In this document: positions 13,666-27,580 of the stretch, piece after piece
Numbering within the stretch: position 1 is the stretch's first letter
Layout: the number at the start of each line of letters is the position of its first letter
Assembly (NCBI RefSeq): GCF_963921235.1
Contig: NC_086097.1
Coordinates: 228,906,001-228,970,000 of the forward strand
DNA: 64,000 nucleotides
Reading direction: 5' to 3'
From: Mobula hypostoma
Lineage: Eukaryota
Made by a program: the position numbers and the translations under genes
Notes under the pieces: model-generated
Databases searched by the model: none
Told to the model about the DNA's origin: nothing
What the model saw: the letters and a program-made list of their open reading frames with translations, nothing else

Positions 13666-13760
13666 TTGACGAAGGGTCTTGGCCCGAAACACCGACTGTA
13701 CTTCTCCCTATAGATGCTGCCTGGCCTGCTGCATTCCACCAGCATTTTGTGTGTGTTGCT
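13666..13760 (+). mobile_element. ~95-bp PLE tail starting inside the hammerhead core
   Basis: TGACGA-A-GGG-TCTTGG-CCC-GAAAC-ACC-GACTG followed by the shared tail. Confidence 0.8.
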
Positions 13761-13913
13761 AGTTTTTTGATGTATTGTTAATGGTGAGACTGTGGGAGAT
13801 GCATAGCAGACAGAATAAAAAAAACTGAGCTAAAGTGATGACTGGCAGAAATAGCCTATTCTGATTCAGGCAGGAAAAAAAAGAGTGAATTACCCTAAGG
13901 TTGAAGAATTTGA

Positions 13914-14830
13914 TAGAAAGATAGAAACATAGAAAATAGGTGCAGGAGTAGGCCATTCGGCCCTTCGAGCCTGCACCGCCATTCAGTACGATCATGGCTG
14001 ATCATCCAACTCAGAACCCTGTACCTGCCTTCTCTCCATACTCCCTGATCCCTTTAGCCACAAGGGCCATATCTAACTTCCTCTTAAATATAGCCAATAA
14101 ACTGGCCTCAACTGTTTCCTGTGGCAGAGAATTCCACAGATTCACCACTCTCTGTGTGAAGAAGTTTTTCCTCATCTCGGTCCTAAAAGGCTTTCCCTTT
14201 ATCCTCAAACTGTGACCCCTCGTTTTGGTCTTCCCCAACATCAAGAACAACCTTCCTGCATCTAGCCTGTCCAATCCCTTTAGAATTTTATACATTTCAA
14301 TCAGCTCCCCCCCTCAATCTTCTAAATTCCAGAGTACAAGCCTAGTCGATCCAGTCTTGCATCATATGAAAGTCCTGCCATCCCAGGAATCAATCTGGTG
14401 AACCTTCTTTGTACTCCCTCTATGGCAAGAATGTCTTTCCTCAGATTAGGGGACCAAAGCTGCACACGATACTCCAGGTGTGGTCTCACCAAGGCGTTGT
14501 ACAACTGCAGTTGTACCTCCCTGCTCCTGTACTCGAATCCTCTTGCTATGAATGCCAGCATACCATTCGCCTTTTTCACCACCTGCTGTACCTGCATGCC
14601 CACTTTCAATGGCTGGTGTACAATGACACCCAGGTCTCGTTGCACCTCCCTTTTTCCTAATCGGCCACCATTCAGGTAATAATCTGTTTTCCTGTGTTTG
14701 CCACCAAAGTGGATAACCTCACATTTATCCACATTAAATTGCATCTGCCATGAATTTGCCCACTCACCTAACCTATCCAAGTCACCCTGCATCCTCTTAG
14801 CATCCTCCTCACAGCTAACACTGCCGCCCA
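13914..14830 (-). mobile_element. Young CR1 3' fragment
   Basis: ORFs 14322..14792 and 14011..14295; very similar to the 7152, 31842 and 42195 copies. Confidence 0.95.
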
Positions 14831-15214
14831 GTGATACAATGTTTAAAAAATTAGAAAATGCCCCGATAGTTATAGAGTCCTACAGAACAGATACAGACTT
14901 ACCCAGACCATAGCCCTCCAAACACTTCTCAGTCATCTGCCTATCCAAAACTTCTCTTAAATGTTACAAATAAACCTCATTCTACCATTTCCACTTGCAA
15001 CTTGTTCCACACTCACACCACCCTCTGAGTGAAATAAAAGTTTCCCTCAGGTTCCCCTTAAATATTTCAGCTTTCACCCTAAACCTATGATGTCTGGTTC
15101 TCATTTCACCCAATCTGTGTGGACAAAGCCTGCATGCATTCACATTATAGTTTAATATAACTTTGTAAGATCTCCCCTCACTCTCCTGCACTCCAGGGAA
15201 TGAAATCCTTACCT

Positions 15215-16130
15215 GGATGGAAGATGATGCTTTTCTTCCCTCAAACTTGTGTCGGGCCTTATTGTAAGGTGGAGGATCACAGACACAAATGTCAGAATGG
15301 ACTGGGATGGTAAATTAAGAGGAGGCACCTTGTGAACAGCAAACACAGAGCATCAGATTGAAGGAAGTGCAAATGCTCACTCCTGGTTGGGTCTCTGAAT
15401 GGTGGGAAGGGGAGATGTAAAAGAACAAATATTGTATCTCCTGCAGTTCCAAGAGAAAGAGGTATAAGTTGAGGAACAGTTAGTTGTGGACAGGAGAGTG
15501 AAGCAAGTAGTGGATTCCTGTTGGAGCTGTTGGAAATCGTGAAGGATTATTGATTGAATACATAGGGTGCTGGGGTAAAAGCTAAGGACCAAGGAAATAG
15601 ATGAGATGTGGTCAAGGATTCTGTCAATAGGTTCTCTACCCAATAGAGAAGTTCAACGAGGAAGACATTTCAGGGGCACTTGTACATGATGCCTCATCGT
15701 TGAAATAGAGCCCTAAAAGGAGGCATTGTTGGGTGAAAAATAATCAGGTTAACCATGGGTGTTCATGGGCTTGATCGGATGTTTGTGGTTAGCCAGGGAA
15801 GGAGACAGAGCTACTCAGAAAGGGAAGAGAAAAGTCGGGGATGGTCCATGTGAAGATGGTAGAAATTGGTAGCAAAAGTAACGAGATGTTGGAATTGTGC
15901 ATGAGTGTAGGACGCAGCACTGATTCAGTCATCAATGTGCCTAAAAAAGACTTAAGGGAGTGGACCTGAATAGGATAGAAACAAGACTAAGTTACTTATT
16001 TCAAAAAAGACAAGTTTAATGTGGGCCAATGTGAGTGTCAATAGAAAACTTTGATTCAGAGAAAGTGAGTGGAAGTGGGGGACAAGTTCAGCCAGACAAA
16101 TGAACGTTTTAGTGGAGCGGGGTTTATTCA
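15215..16130 (-). mobile_element. Old Penelope-like fragment
   Basis: Degraded similarity to 29607-30835 (LVLSFYPSTLCIQSIIL in ORF 15377..15643). Confidence 0.6.
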
Positions 16131-17409
16131 GAGAAGTAGTGGAGAGCTCTCAAACCCTGATGTGTGATTGCAGTGAGAAGAACTGTCCATCCATAATGAA
16201 GCTGAACTAGTTGGCAGCAGGAATCACACAGAGCTCACTGAAGGGTCTTCCTTCCTCGTTACCCTAGTGGACAGAGCCCTAGACTGAATCTCACCCACTG
16301 TTGGACCTCTACTCTCACCTCGCTCCTCATGGACAGAGCCAGAACAGAGTTCTCCTGGCACCCTCAACCAGCCTCCACATACAGCGAATCATCCTCTGAT
16401 CTAATTCCAGATCGAGACACATATTCCTCTCTCCTTCATGATGCCCTGGTTCAGTCCTCCCTCCAGAGTGACCAATCCCTGTCACATGACACTTTCCATG
16501 CCTGAAAGCATATTCTACCAGAATCAAGGACAGCTTCTATCCTATTGTTATAAGACTCTGAAACAGGCTTCTTGTACAATAAGATTGCTTCTTGGCCTCA
16601 CAATCTATCTCATTATGATCTTCCACTTTATCATTTACCTGCACTACACTTTCTCTGTGGCTTGGCTTTCTTCACAGGGGGATGTCTTGAGGACTACTCA
16701 TGAAGAAAATGGAGCTGCTCTGGAGTTCTAGTCAAAAATCGTCACTTTATCAACATCACTGGAACAGATGATCTGGTTATTGATAACCGTTTGCAGGACT
16801 TCACTCCCTAAATGACAGCAAGACAATGATTGAATGTAAAATGCATAGAAGCATCCCAAGATCAATCATGAAAGGCGCTGCATCCTTGCAAGAAATCATA
16901 TTCTCATTTAGATTTTTACTGCAGTTGTCCTTTATTTCGATATTTTTGGTTGTTTTACTTGGTGGAAGGGAGCCCAGATTCCGCCTCGATAAAGCATTAA
17001 TCCCATCTGCAATCAGTGAAAGCTTTCAGCTTTCTTAGCCGCAGTTGCCACAGTGTTCGATACACCAGCACCTCAAAAAAATGAGCAGTAAAATTCAAAT
17101 CCATAACGAGCTTCTCAGTTGTCTTGAAAGTAGAAAAGGTAAAGATTTGTTTGTTTAAGTAAATGATTCACCATATGAAAAAAAGGTCAAAACAAGTAGA
17201 TTAATTCAAATTAAAGGGCAGATATTCCTCTGAGGTTACTCAGTCATCGTCTAAGTTACATCTAGTATCCGCCCCACCAACTGAATACACAAGCAATTAT
17301 TTTTAAACTGCACTCAGGAGGATGCAGTCAATATTTAAAATCATAATTGTAGCTTAACCAACAAATCCTTTAAACATATTTTCCCTTTAATGTAATTAAA
17401 AATGTCTCC

Positions 17410-17620
17410 CGGTGCTATAGCAGTCCTGCTGCCTCACAGCACTAGGTCCTGGGTTCTATCCAAACCTCAGATGCTATCTATGTGGAGGCTGCATGCTCCC
17501 CCGTATCCTGATGGGTTTCTGCATGATGCTTGGTGTCCTCTCACATTCCAAAGATGAGGAGGTTTTAGGCTAATTGTCCACTGTAAATTGGCCCTATTTG
17601 TAGATGAGTAGAAGAATATG
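17410..17620 (+). mobile_element. tRNA-derived V-type SINE, decayed
   Basis: B-box-like GGTTCTATCC, then V-core-like TGTGGAGGCTGCATGCTCCCCCGT...CTCACATTCCAAAGA. Confidence 0.65.
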
Positions 17621-17893
17621 GGACAATTTTTGAGTCAAAGAGCTATACAACACAAGAGGAAACCCTTTGCCTTAAATCATCCATGCCAACAAAGATGTCT
17701 TTCTGAGCCAGTTGGGACATGGTGGAAGCGAAGAGCTTAGCTGTGTATTCATGCTTTGTCTTTGGTGTCGCAGTCTACTTTGAGTAGAGCTAGAGAGCGG
17801 GACAGGGGTGATATATTTTTTGTTGATCGTTTAAGACCACTTAAAATCACTTAAATACATTTGAATGTTCCTAAATATATTCAAGAACACTTC

Positions 17894-20270
17894 ATAGAAA
17901 CATAGAAAACCTACAGTGCAATACAGGCCTTTCAGCCCACAAAGCTGTGCCAAACATGTCCTTACCTTAGAAATTACCTGGGGTTATCCATAGCCCTCTA
18001 TTTTTCTAAGTTCCATGTACTTATCCAGGAGTCTCTTAAAAGACCCTATTGTTTCTGCCTCCACCACCGTCGCCGGCATCCCATTCCACGCTCTCACCAC
18101 TCTCTGCGTAAAAAACTTACCCCTGACATCTCCTCTGTACCTACTTCCAAGCACCTTAAAACTGTGCCCTCTCATGTTAGCCATTTCAGCCCTGGGGAAA
18201 AAGCCTCTGGCTATCCACATGATCAATGCCTCTCAACATCTTGTACACCTCTATCAGGCCACCTCTCATCCTCCGTTGCTCCAAGAAGAAAAGGCTGAGT
18301 TCATTCAACCTATTCTCATAAGGCATGCTCCCCAAACCAGGCAACATCCTTGTAAATCTCCTCTGCACCCTTTCTATGGTTTCCACATCCTTCCTGTAGT
18401 AAGGCGACCAGAACTGAGCACAGTACTCCAAATGGGTTCTGACCAGGTCCTAAATAGCTCCAACATTACCTCTCAGCTCTTAAACTCAATCCCATGATTG
18501 ATGAAGGCCAATGCACCGTATGCCTTCTTAACCATGGAGTCAACCTGCACAGTAGCTTTGGGTGTCCTATGGACTCGGACCCCAAGATCCCTCTGATCCT
18601 CCACACTGCCAAGAGTCTTACCATTAATACTATATTCTGCCATCATATTTGACCTACCAAAATGAACCACCTCACTTACCTGGCTTGAAGTCCATCTGCC
18701 ACTTCTCAGCCCAGTTTTGCATCCTCTGACAGCCCGCCACACTATCCACAACACTTCCAAACTTTGTGTCATCGGCAAATTCACTAACCCATCCCTCTAC
18801 TTCCTCATCCAGGTCATTTATAAAAATCATGAAGAGTAGGAGTCCCAGAACAGATCCCTGAGACATACCACTGGTCACTGACCTCCATTCAGAATATGAC
18901 CCATCTACAACCACTGTTTGCCTTCTGTTGGCAAGCCAGTTCTGGATCCACAAAGCAATGTCCCCTTAGATCTCATGCCTCCTTACTTTCTGAATAAGCC
19001 TTGCATGGAGTACCTTTATCAAATGCCTTGCTGAAATCCATATACAGTACATCTACTGCTCTACCTTCATCAATGTGTTTAGTCACATCCTCAAAAAATT
19101 CAATCAGGCTCATAAAGCACAAGCAACACACACAAAATGCTGGTGGAACGCAGCAGGCCAGGCAGCATCTATAGGAAGAAGTACAGTTGACGTTTCGGGC
19201 CGAGACCAACCTGCCTTTGACAAAGCTATGCTGACTATTCCTGATCATATTACGCCTCTTCAAATGTTCATAAATCCTGCCTCTCAGGATCTTCTCCATC
19301 AACTTACCAACCACTGAAGTAAGACTCACTGGTCTATAATTTCCTGGGCTATCTCTATGCCCTTTCTTGAATAAGGGAACAACTTCCACAACCCTCCAAT
19401 CCTCCAGAACCTCTCCTGTCCCCATTGATGATGCAAAGATCATCGCCAGAGGCTCAGCAATCTCCTCCCTCACCTCCCACAGTAGCCTGGGGTACATCTC
19501 ATCCAGTCCCGGTGACTTATCCAACTTGATGCTTTCCAAAAGCTCCAGCATATCCTCTTCCTTAATATCTACATGCTCAAGCTTTTCAGTCCACTGTAAG
19601 TCATCTCTACAATCACCAAGATCCTTTTCCGTAGTGAATACTGAAGAAAAATACTCATTAAGTACCTTTGTTATCTCTTCTATTTCCATACACACTTTTC
19701 CACTGTCACACTTGATTGATCCTATTCTCTCACGTCTTATCCTCTTACTCTTCACATACTTGTAGAATGCCTTGGGGTTTTCCTTAATCCTGTTGGCCAA
19801 GGCCTTCTCATGGCCCCTTCTGGCTCTCCTAATTTCTTCCTGTTAGCTTTATATTCTTCTAGATCTCTATCATTACCTAGTTTTTTGAATCTTTTGTAAG
19901 CTCTTCTTTTCTTCTTGACTAGATTTACAACAGCCTTTGTACACCATAGTTCCTGTACCCTACCATCCTTTCCCTGTCTCATTGGAACGTATCTATGCAG
20001 AACCCCACGCAAATATCCCCTGAACATTTGCCAGATTTCTTCCGTACATTTCCCTGAAAACATCTGTTTCCAATTTATGCTTCCAAGTTCCTGCCTGATA
20101 GCCTCATATTTCCCCTTACTCCAATTAAACGCTTTCCTAGCTTGTCTGTTCCTATCCCTCTCCAATGGTATGGTAAAGGAGATAGACTTGTAATCACTAT
20201 CTCCCACTCTCCCACTGAGAGATCTGACACCTGACCAGGTTCTTTTCCCAATACCAGATCAAGTACAGCC
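17894..20270 (-). mobile_element. CR1 LINE ORF2 (end of endonuclease, RT, 3' tail) with frameshifts
   Basis: [33 protein letters not shown]; tail at ~17894-17910. Confidence 0.95.
19121..19208 (-). mobile_element. ~88-bp PLE tail with half hammerhead, nested in CR1 RT
   Basis: Minus strand GGTCTCGGCCC-GAAAC-GTC-AACTG plus shared tail; absent from the paralogous CR1 near 44850. Confidence 0.85.
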
Positions 20271-21044
20271 TTGTATATTTAATATGCTAAGACTGTTTAT
20301 TTTGTTGTGTCATTAGTTTAGTTTCATTAGTTTTTAAATCGCCTCAAGGTTGTTTGTTTTACAAGTTTCTTAATAAAAGATCAGATGTCTAATTCTACTT
20401 TGGAACTTGGTTATTAGATTGGATAGCGCATCATACAGGATCAACTCCACCCCCACTCCATAGTCTCTAAGCGGTTTTGGTTTGTTTGATTAACTGCTAC
20501 ATTTTTTCAAGCCATGTACATGCCTGACTGTTTTTATGAACATTGTGATTTTACCTGCCTCTAGTGTTTCCTCTGCCAGTTCATTCCATATGCTCACAAA
20601 CCTCTTAAAAAAAAGCACTTTTCAGGTTCCTTTACATTTTTCCCTTCTTACCTTAAATCTAGACTGAGCCATCCCGGAAAAAGGACTGTGACCATCCATC
20701 TTATCTATGTCCCGCCTGATCTTATATCCATCTATAAGGTCACCCCTCAGCCTACAACAGCAGCTTAACCAGCCTCTCCTTATAATTCACTCCTGGTAAC
20801 ATCCTTGCAAATCTTTTCTGCACTATTTCCAGCTTAATGACATCCTTCCTACAGCTGGGCAGCCAGAACTACACACAATACTCCAAGTGTGGTCTCACCA
20901 ACCATTATACAGTTGCAATGTAGCAACCCAATTCCTGTACTCAGGGCCCTGGCTATCCTGCCATTTAAATAAAAGCAGATCACCCCCATCGTTACTTCAA
21001 AGTTATTCCACAAAATAAAAAATTCAAAGTTCAGAGTTAACTTA

Positions 21045-21710
21045 TTGAATTGACTTTATTGCTTGCATCCTTCATATACATGAGGAGTCACAATCTTTAC
21101 GTTACATCTCCATCAAAATATGCAATTATAGCAATTTATAATAAATATTATATACAACATGGTAGTCAATATAACATAGAAATACAGTTGTGTCAGCATA
21201 AATTAAGCAGTCTGATGGCCTGGTGGAAGAAGTTGTCCTGGGGCCTGTTGGTCCTGGCTTTTATGCTACGATACTGTTTCCTGGATGGTAGCAGCTGGAA
21301 CAGTTTGTGGTTGGGGTGACTCAGGTTCCCAATGATCCTTCGGGCCCTTTTTACACACCTGTCCTTGTAAATGTCCTGAATAGTGGGAAGTTCACATCTA
21401 CAGATGTGCTGGGCTGTCCACACCACTCTCTGCAGAGTCCTGCAATTGAGGGATGTACAGTTCCCATACCAGGCAGTGATACAGCCAGTCAGGATGCTCT
21501 CAGTTGTGCCCCTAAAGAAAGAATTTGGGAGGCCATACCAAACTTCTTCAACCGTCTGATGTGAAAGAGGCACTGCTGTGCCTTTTTCCACCACACGCGT
21601 GAGATCCTCAGTGATGTTTATGCCGAGGAATTTAAAGCTGTTCACCCTCTCAAGCCAGATCCATTGCTGTCTATAGGGGTTAGCCTGTTTCCATTCCTCC
21701 TGTAGTCCAT
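21045..21710 (-). mobile_element. Rex1/Babar-type LINE 3' part
   Basis: SFKFLGINITEDL, ESILTGCITAWYGNC and LPSRKQYRSIKART (21193..21645). Confidence 0.88.
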
Positions 21711-22069
21711 TTGTTTTCAGACTACATGTACTTTACCATATACTACCTTGAGATTCATCTTCTTGCAAGCATTTACAAGAAAAAGAGAAATAGAATAGGA
21801 TTTCACAAAAAATCTATACATAAACAGACAAAGACTGACAAATAATCAATGTGCAAAAGAAGAGAAATTTTGCAAGTAAAATAATACTGGGAAAATGAAT
21901 TGTAAAGAGTCCTTGAAAATGAGTCTGTAGGTCGTAGATTCAGTTCAGAGTAGTGATGAGTGGTTCAAAGATTCAAAGGTTCACTTCCTTATCAAAGTAT
22001 ACAACTCTGAAATTCTTCAATTCTCCAGGTAGCCATGAAACAAAGGAAGAAAAGAAAGGCAGGATGATC

Positions 22070-22325
22070 ATCAACCCCCAAATCCCACCTCCCCATAAAA
22101 AAGCAAACAAAACGGAACAGGCACGTCAACGCCCAAATCCCTCCTCCTGCACAAAAAAAATGAACAAAAATGGATCAGGCATATCAACCCCCCGCCCCCA
22201 ATCTCTCCTTCTGCACAAAAACCGAGCAAAACAGGACAGGCACATCAACCCCTCCCACCAAATTCCTCCTCCCACACAAAAAAACAAACAAAATGGATCA
22301 GGCACATCGAACCCCCTCCAAAAAG
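22070..22325. repeat. Degenerate ~60-bp tandem repeat (4+ units) inside a non-autonomous element (~21962-22560)
   Basis: Recurrent ATCAACCCC...CACAAAAA...CAAAAYGGAWCAGGCAC units. Confidence 0.8.
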
Positions 22326-23399
22326 TCCACATCCACCTGGACAACACTCTCCGCAGCGACAAGTTCTCCCCTGTCTGGTAGCGTAGCAGAGTAATCAAAA
22401 GGCAAGCAGCCAGCACTCTCCCCTCTGCTCTCACCTTGATGCTTCAATCACCCGCATTGCTTTAGTCAGCAAACACTGGAAGCTTTAATCAGTGAAATGG
22501 ACCCAAACGCCGGCTTGTGTCCTGTCCTGCGGCCCGCCCATCACGAGGTTGACAGCTTTTTTGGCAACCAGTCTAAGTCTATAGAGAAAATTAAAGTAGC
22601 AGATACTGCTACCTTGATAAAAAGATACATGTTCAATTTATTGTTAGCTGTTGGATGCATTTATGCAGTCATAGAGTTGTACTGCACAGAAACAGGCCCT
22701 ATGTCTATCCCAACCATTCTGCTTATCTACACATCCTAATTTTGTGCTTTAGGTCTTTACCCCTCTATGCCTTGTCTCTGTAAGTATCCACCTGTATGTC
22801 TCTTAAACAATGTGTTTGAATTTGCCTCCAGCACCTCCCCCGGCAGCATGTTCCAGATATCAAACACTCTCATCTTTAAAAAACCGAGATCAGTTGATAT
22901 AAACATTATATAATAAAATGATCATTGGTGAATGAAATCATTATAAAAGGAGGGCTGGAAGGTTTACATTTATATAGAGTCCACCATGACTGCAAGATGT
23001 TCTAAAGTGCATTCATGCCAATTACCTTTCCTGAAGAATGGGGGAAATGTCAGCTACCTTGAGCAGAGGAAAACAAATGTGATGATAACCAGACAACCTG
23101 TTCTAGTCATGTTATTCAGGGATTAAATAATGGTCGGGAAAGCATTTGAGAAATCATGTGAAGGTAGTTGTAGCCTTGTTAATATAGTTCAGGTGCAATG
23201 GTTTATGAAAAGATCACCATCACCTTCTCAAGGTGGCCAATAAATACTGACCCTGAAAATGATGTCCTTCATCCCAGAATTTAATTTTAAAAACAGAGAT
23301 CTTCCTCTAATGACTCCTTAAAGCCGTTTTCTCAGACAATTTCTGAAACGATAGGACTATTTTTTCAATTGAAAAAACTAGGATATATTTTATATTCCA

Positions 23400-24118
23400 T
23401 CTTAAATGCCTTTATCTGTCCCTTTCAGGGTTCTTTTGAAGACCCTGACTTGGAATTACACACTGACTTTGGTTCTTTGAGGGAATGGGACCCGCTCTCA
23501 GCCATTTTGTTGTTTTGCATGCCAAGGGCTCGGCCTAAGAGTCCGGCTCGGATTTGGAAGTCTAGGATCTTGGGGCTCTGGAGATGGGAGGATCGAGGGT
23601 CGGTGTCACGGCAGGAGACCCGTGTGTCATGGGGGAATCGGAATATCTACGGCTGTGTGCCCGAAGACCTGAGATCTTTGAGATCTTCAGGCACCGAGCT
23701 CCAAAAAAAGCAACGTAACAGATCGTAAACCAGCGAGTTGTTTGTTATGTCTCCCTGCTCGCTGGAAAAAACGGAGGCACCTCCTTCTCCCTTATTAGGG
23801 AGAGAGAGAGAGCCTGTGGTATGTCGTAGACTGGGTGAAACACGAAGTCTTTGGAGTACTGCAAGTCTGTGTCTTTGCTATTGCTTTGCTCACACCTGAG
23901 TGCTCGGTGGCGGGTGCCAATGCTTTTTTTTGCCGGTGGGGGAGGGGGGACTGTTGCTTACGCGTGGGAGGGGGGAGCTGGTGGGACTTTGGGGTTCTAA
24001 CATTTAACTGTCATTCATTCTCTGGGGCACTCGTCTGTTTTCGTGGGTGGTTGCAAAGAAAAAGCATCTCAGGATGTATATTGTATACATTTCTCTGGCA
24101 TTAAATTGAACCTTTAAA
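23400..24118 (+). mobile_element. Non-autonomous retroposon with Rex-type 3' end
   Basis: CpG-retaining non-coding body ending ATTAAATTGAACCTTT, resembling Rex-type tails elsewhere in the window. Confidence 0.55.
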
Positions 24119-24965
24119 TAGTTTGGGTTTGAAAACTCTTTCATTCCATGTCAGTAAAATAACCATAACAGAGCAAAACCTCTATTCATTAACTGTAGCC
24201 ACATTGTTGAGAGGGAGAGGGGGATTTGTATTTGCATAATGTGGTGCCATCTTAAAAGTTTCTTCCCTCAGGCAGTAAATCTGATCAAACATTCTCGATA
24301 GCCCCCAACCCCCTCTGTCTACTGCGTCAGCCAATGCACTGCACTGTAAGCACTTCAAACCAATTTTTATAAAGCTGTTTACATTATAAATGTGTGTTGA
24401 TATTCATGCAGTTTATTGCATATCTGTGCTTTAACCTCTAACTTTACATAATTGTTCATTATTTATAATTGTTGAATGTTGTTTTTTGTTACATGTCATG
24501 CCAACATACCACGGCAAATACCTAATACGTGTAAAGGTATATGGTAAATACAGTTGATCCTTGATTGTTAATCTTGATGTTAAGATGTCCAGATCCACAG
24601 CAGTGTACAAATGACTGGTCCCACATGATGTTTGGGGCGGAGGGAGAACCCCACTGTGTATCCATGATTCTAAGGTAGTGCAACCATTTCATTTAGGCAC
24701 ACACTATTTAGGAGAAAATGGAGATAACTTTGACAGGATGATGTGATTTTGCCACCTTTATGTTATCCCCCAGACATCACCAGTGATGGGAGTGGATGCA
24801 AACATCGTATGCCTCTAACTGGCTGATGAAATCCTAGGGTACATCAAAGCCAAAACTGATCAAAATAAGAGCTAGTTTTGTTTAGAGAAATTAGTGATCC
24901 CTCTGTAAACGGTAGTTATAATATTATATCAATGTTTGCTACATCTTCCCTATTGGAACTGGTAT

Positions 24966-25280
24966 TAGACCATAAGACCATAAGACAAAGGAGCAGAAGT
25001 CGGCCATTCGGCCCATCGAGTCTGCTCTGCCATTTTATCATGAGCTGATCCATTCTCCCATTTAGTCCCACTCCCCCGCCTTCTCACCATAACCTTTGAT
25101 GTCCTGGCTACTCAGATACCTATCAATCTCTGCCTTAAATACACCCAATGACTTGCCCTCCACTGCTGCCCGTGGCAACAAATTCCATAGATTCACCACC
25201 CTCTGACTAAAAAAATTTCTTCGCATTTCTGTTCTGAATGGGCAGCCTTCAATCCTTAAGTCATGCCCTCTCGTACTAGA
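24966..25280 (-). mobile_element. CR1 3' end
   Basis: TRGHDLRIEG...FFSQRVVNLWN; short repeated tail at 24967-24987. Confidence 0.9.
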
Positions 25281-26702
25281 ATTATTAGGATTAGGATTCT
25301 GTCCTAATCCATGTAATTTGTACTTGCAATCAAAACATAACTTTCGTTCGCATATCTGGCTCGAATCTTCACTCTGTGTGAATAATGTAAATGTACGCAA
25401 TAAGACCAGAGATCTCTGTGATGACAGCCACGTATTATCATCCAGAAAGGCATTAAATATACACTCACTGACCTGTACACCTCCTGTACCTAATAAAGTG
25501 GCCACTGGAAGGTTCAAAGGTTCAAAAGTTTATATATTATCAAAGCACACAACTCTGAGATTTGTCTTCTCCAGATAGCCACGAAACAAAGAAAACCATG
25601 GAAGCGATTCAAAGAAAAACATCAGCACCACATGTACAAAAAAACAGATCTTGCAAACACAACACAATCATCAACCCCACCACCACCCCCCCCAGCGAAA
25701 AAAATGCACAAATAGCAAGAACATCAAACCCCAAACTCCAAAGATACGGCATGATGCCACAGAAATGTTCAATGATATCACTGGAAAATTCAAACATGTC
25801 AAGAGTAAAATAGTGTAAGATGAAAATGCCATACCCAACTTTTGCAAAGTTCATCCAGTTCCTTCTACCATGCTTGAAAAAGTAGCAAAGGGGGCTGAAG
25901 GAATTCCTTCCAAGGTTGAGTAGAGCCCATAGACAAAACCAGTGGTCCCAGTAGCCAAGAAGAATGTATCTCTTGGGATCTGTGGTGACCTGTGATTTTA
26001 AGGTTACCATCAACCCAGTACTAAAAGTAGATCAATGCCCTCTGCCCAAGATAGAGGATATACTAGCAAATCTTTTTAGAGGACAACATTTCAACAAAGT
26101 TGGCTTAGCTGAAGCCTACTTGCAGATGGAGATAGAAACAAAAATCCAAAGTATTCGTCACCATAAAAACTCACAAAGGCCTTTATCACTATAATAAGCT
26201 TATTTTTGTAGTAGCATCTGCACCTGCACTCTGGCAGTAACCTATGGACCAGGTGCTGTAAGACTGCCCAAATGCTCTGTGTTACCTGGATGACATTATT
26301 GTTGCCCATAAGGATGACAAGAAACATCTCCAAATCCTCAGTGTTAGAAAGATTAGAAGATTATGGGCTCAGAACACAATGCGACAAGTGTGAATTCTTT
26401 AAACCAAACATCACTTGCTAGGGTCATATCTTTAATGCACAAGAATTACACAAAACTGTGGTGAGAGAACTCAAGCACTGGAGGATGGCAGCAAGACCAT
26501 AGAACATGTAACAGCTGCAGTCCTTTTTTTAAGATTTGTCAACTACTGTAACAGGTTCCTGCCAAACCTGGCTACTATGCTCGACCCCTTGAACTCATTC
26601 ATTTCCTACAGATCAGGAAGAAATGGCAATGGACAAAGCTGTGAAAGATAGCTTTCAAAAAGATAAAGGAAATGGTGGCATCAGACACTATACTGGCACA
26701 TT

Positions 26703-27098
26703 GAACATAGAACATAGAACAGTACAGCACAGTACAGGCCCTTCGGCCCACAATGTTGTGCCGACCCTTAAACCCTGCCTCCTATATAACCCCCCACCTT
26801 AAATTCCTCCATATACCTGTCTTGTAGTCTCTTAAATTTCACCAGTGTATCTGCCTCCACCACTGACTCAGGCAGTGCATTCCATGCACCAACCACTCTC
26901 TGAGTAAAAAACCTTCCTCTAATATCCCCCTTGAACTTCCCACCCCTTACCTTAAACCCATGTCCTCTTGTATTGAGCAGTGGTGCCCTGGGGAAGAAGC
27001 GCTGGCTATCCACTCTATCTATTCCTCTTAATATCTTGTACACCTCTATCAAGTCTCCTCTCATCCTCCTCTCCAGAGAGTAAAGCCCCAGCTCCCTT
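26703..27098 (-). mobile_element. CR1 3' end nested in Gypsy pol
   Basis: ORF 26768..27109 (RRMRGDLIEVYKILRG); TTCTATG tail. Confidence 0.92.
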
Positions 27099-27161
27099 GT
27101 GATCCACATAGTCCAGTGAAGCTTGTCTGTGACACCTCGCCGTATGATATAGGTGCTGTCA

Positions 27162-27580
27162 TATCATCCAAAGATCCTCACCACCCAGGCAGCGTTTTTT
27201 CTCACTGCTGCCATCAGGTAGAAGGTACAAGAGCCTCAGGACTCGCACCACCAGGTTCAAGAACAGTTACTACCCTCAACCATCAGGCTCTTGAACAAAA
27301 GACAATAACTATACACATCCATTGAGATGTTCCCACAAGCAATGATCTCACTTTAAGAGCCCCTTATCATGTTATTTCATGCTCTTGTCACTTATTGTTA
27401 TTTATTTATATTTGCATCTGCAGAGTTTGTTTCTTCTACGCTCACGCTCTTTCATTGATCCTGTTTACAGTTACTGCTCTATAGATTTGTTGAGTATGCC
27501 TGCAGGAAAAAGAACCTCAGCGTTGTATGTGGTGACATGTATGTACTATGATAATAAATTTTACTCTGAACTTTGAAATT
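27162..27580 (+). mobile_element. Rex1/Babar 3' end nested in Gypsy RNase H
   Basis: ATCATCCAAAGATCCTCACCACCCAGGC...AATAAATTTTACTCTGAACTTTGAA tail. Confidence 0.8.

Noticed and set aside
17410..17480. tRNA gene
   Set aside because: Only a B-box-like motif, no cloverleaf; it is a SINE head.
22070..22325. CRISPR-like array
   Set aside because: Units are degenerate along their whole length with no unique spacers; eukaryotic context.
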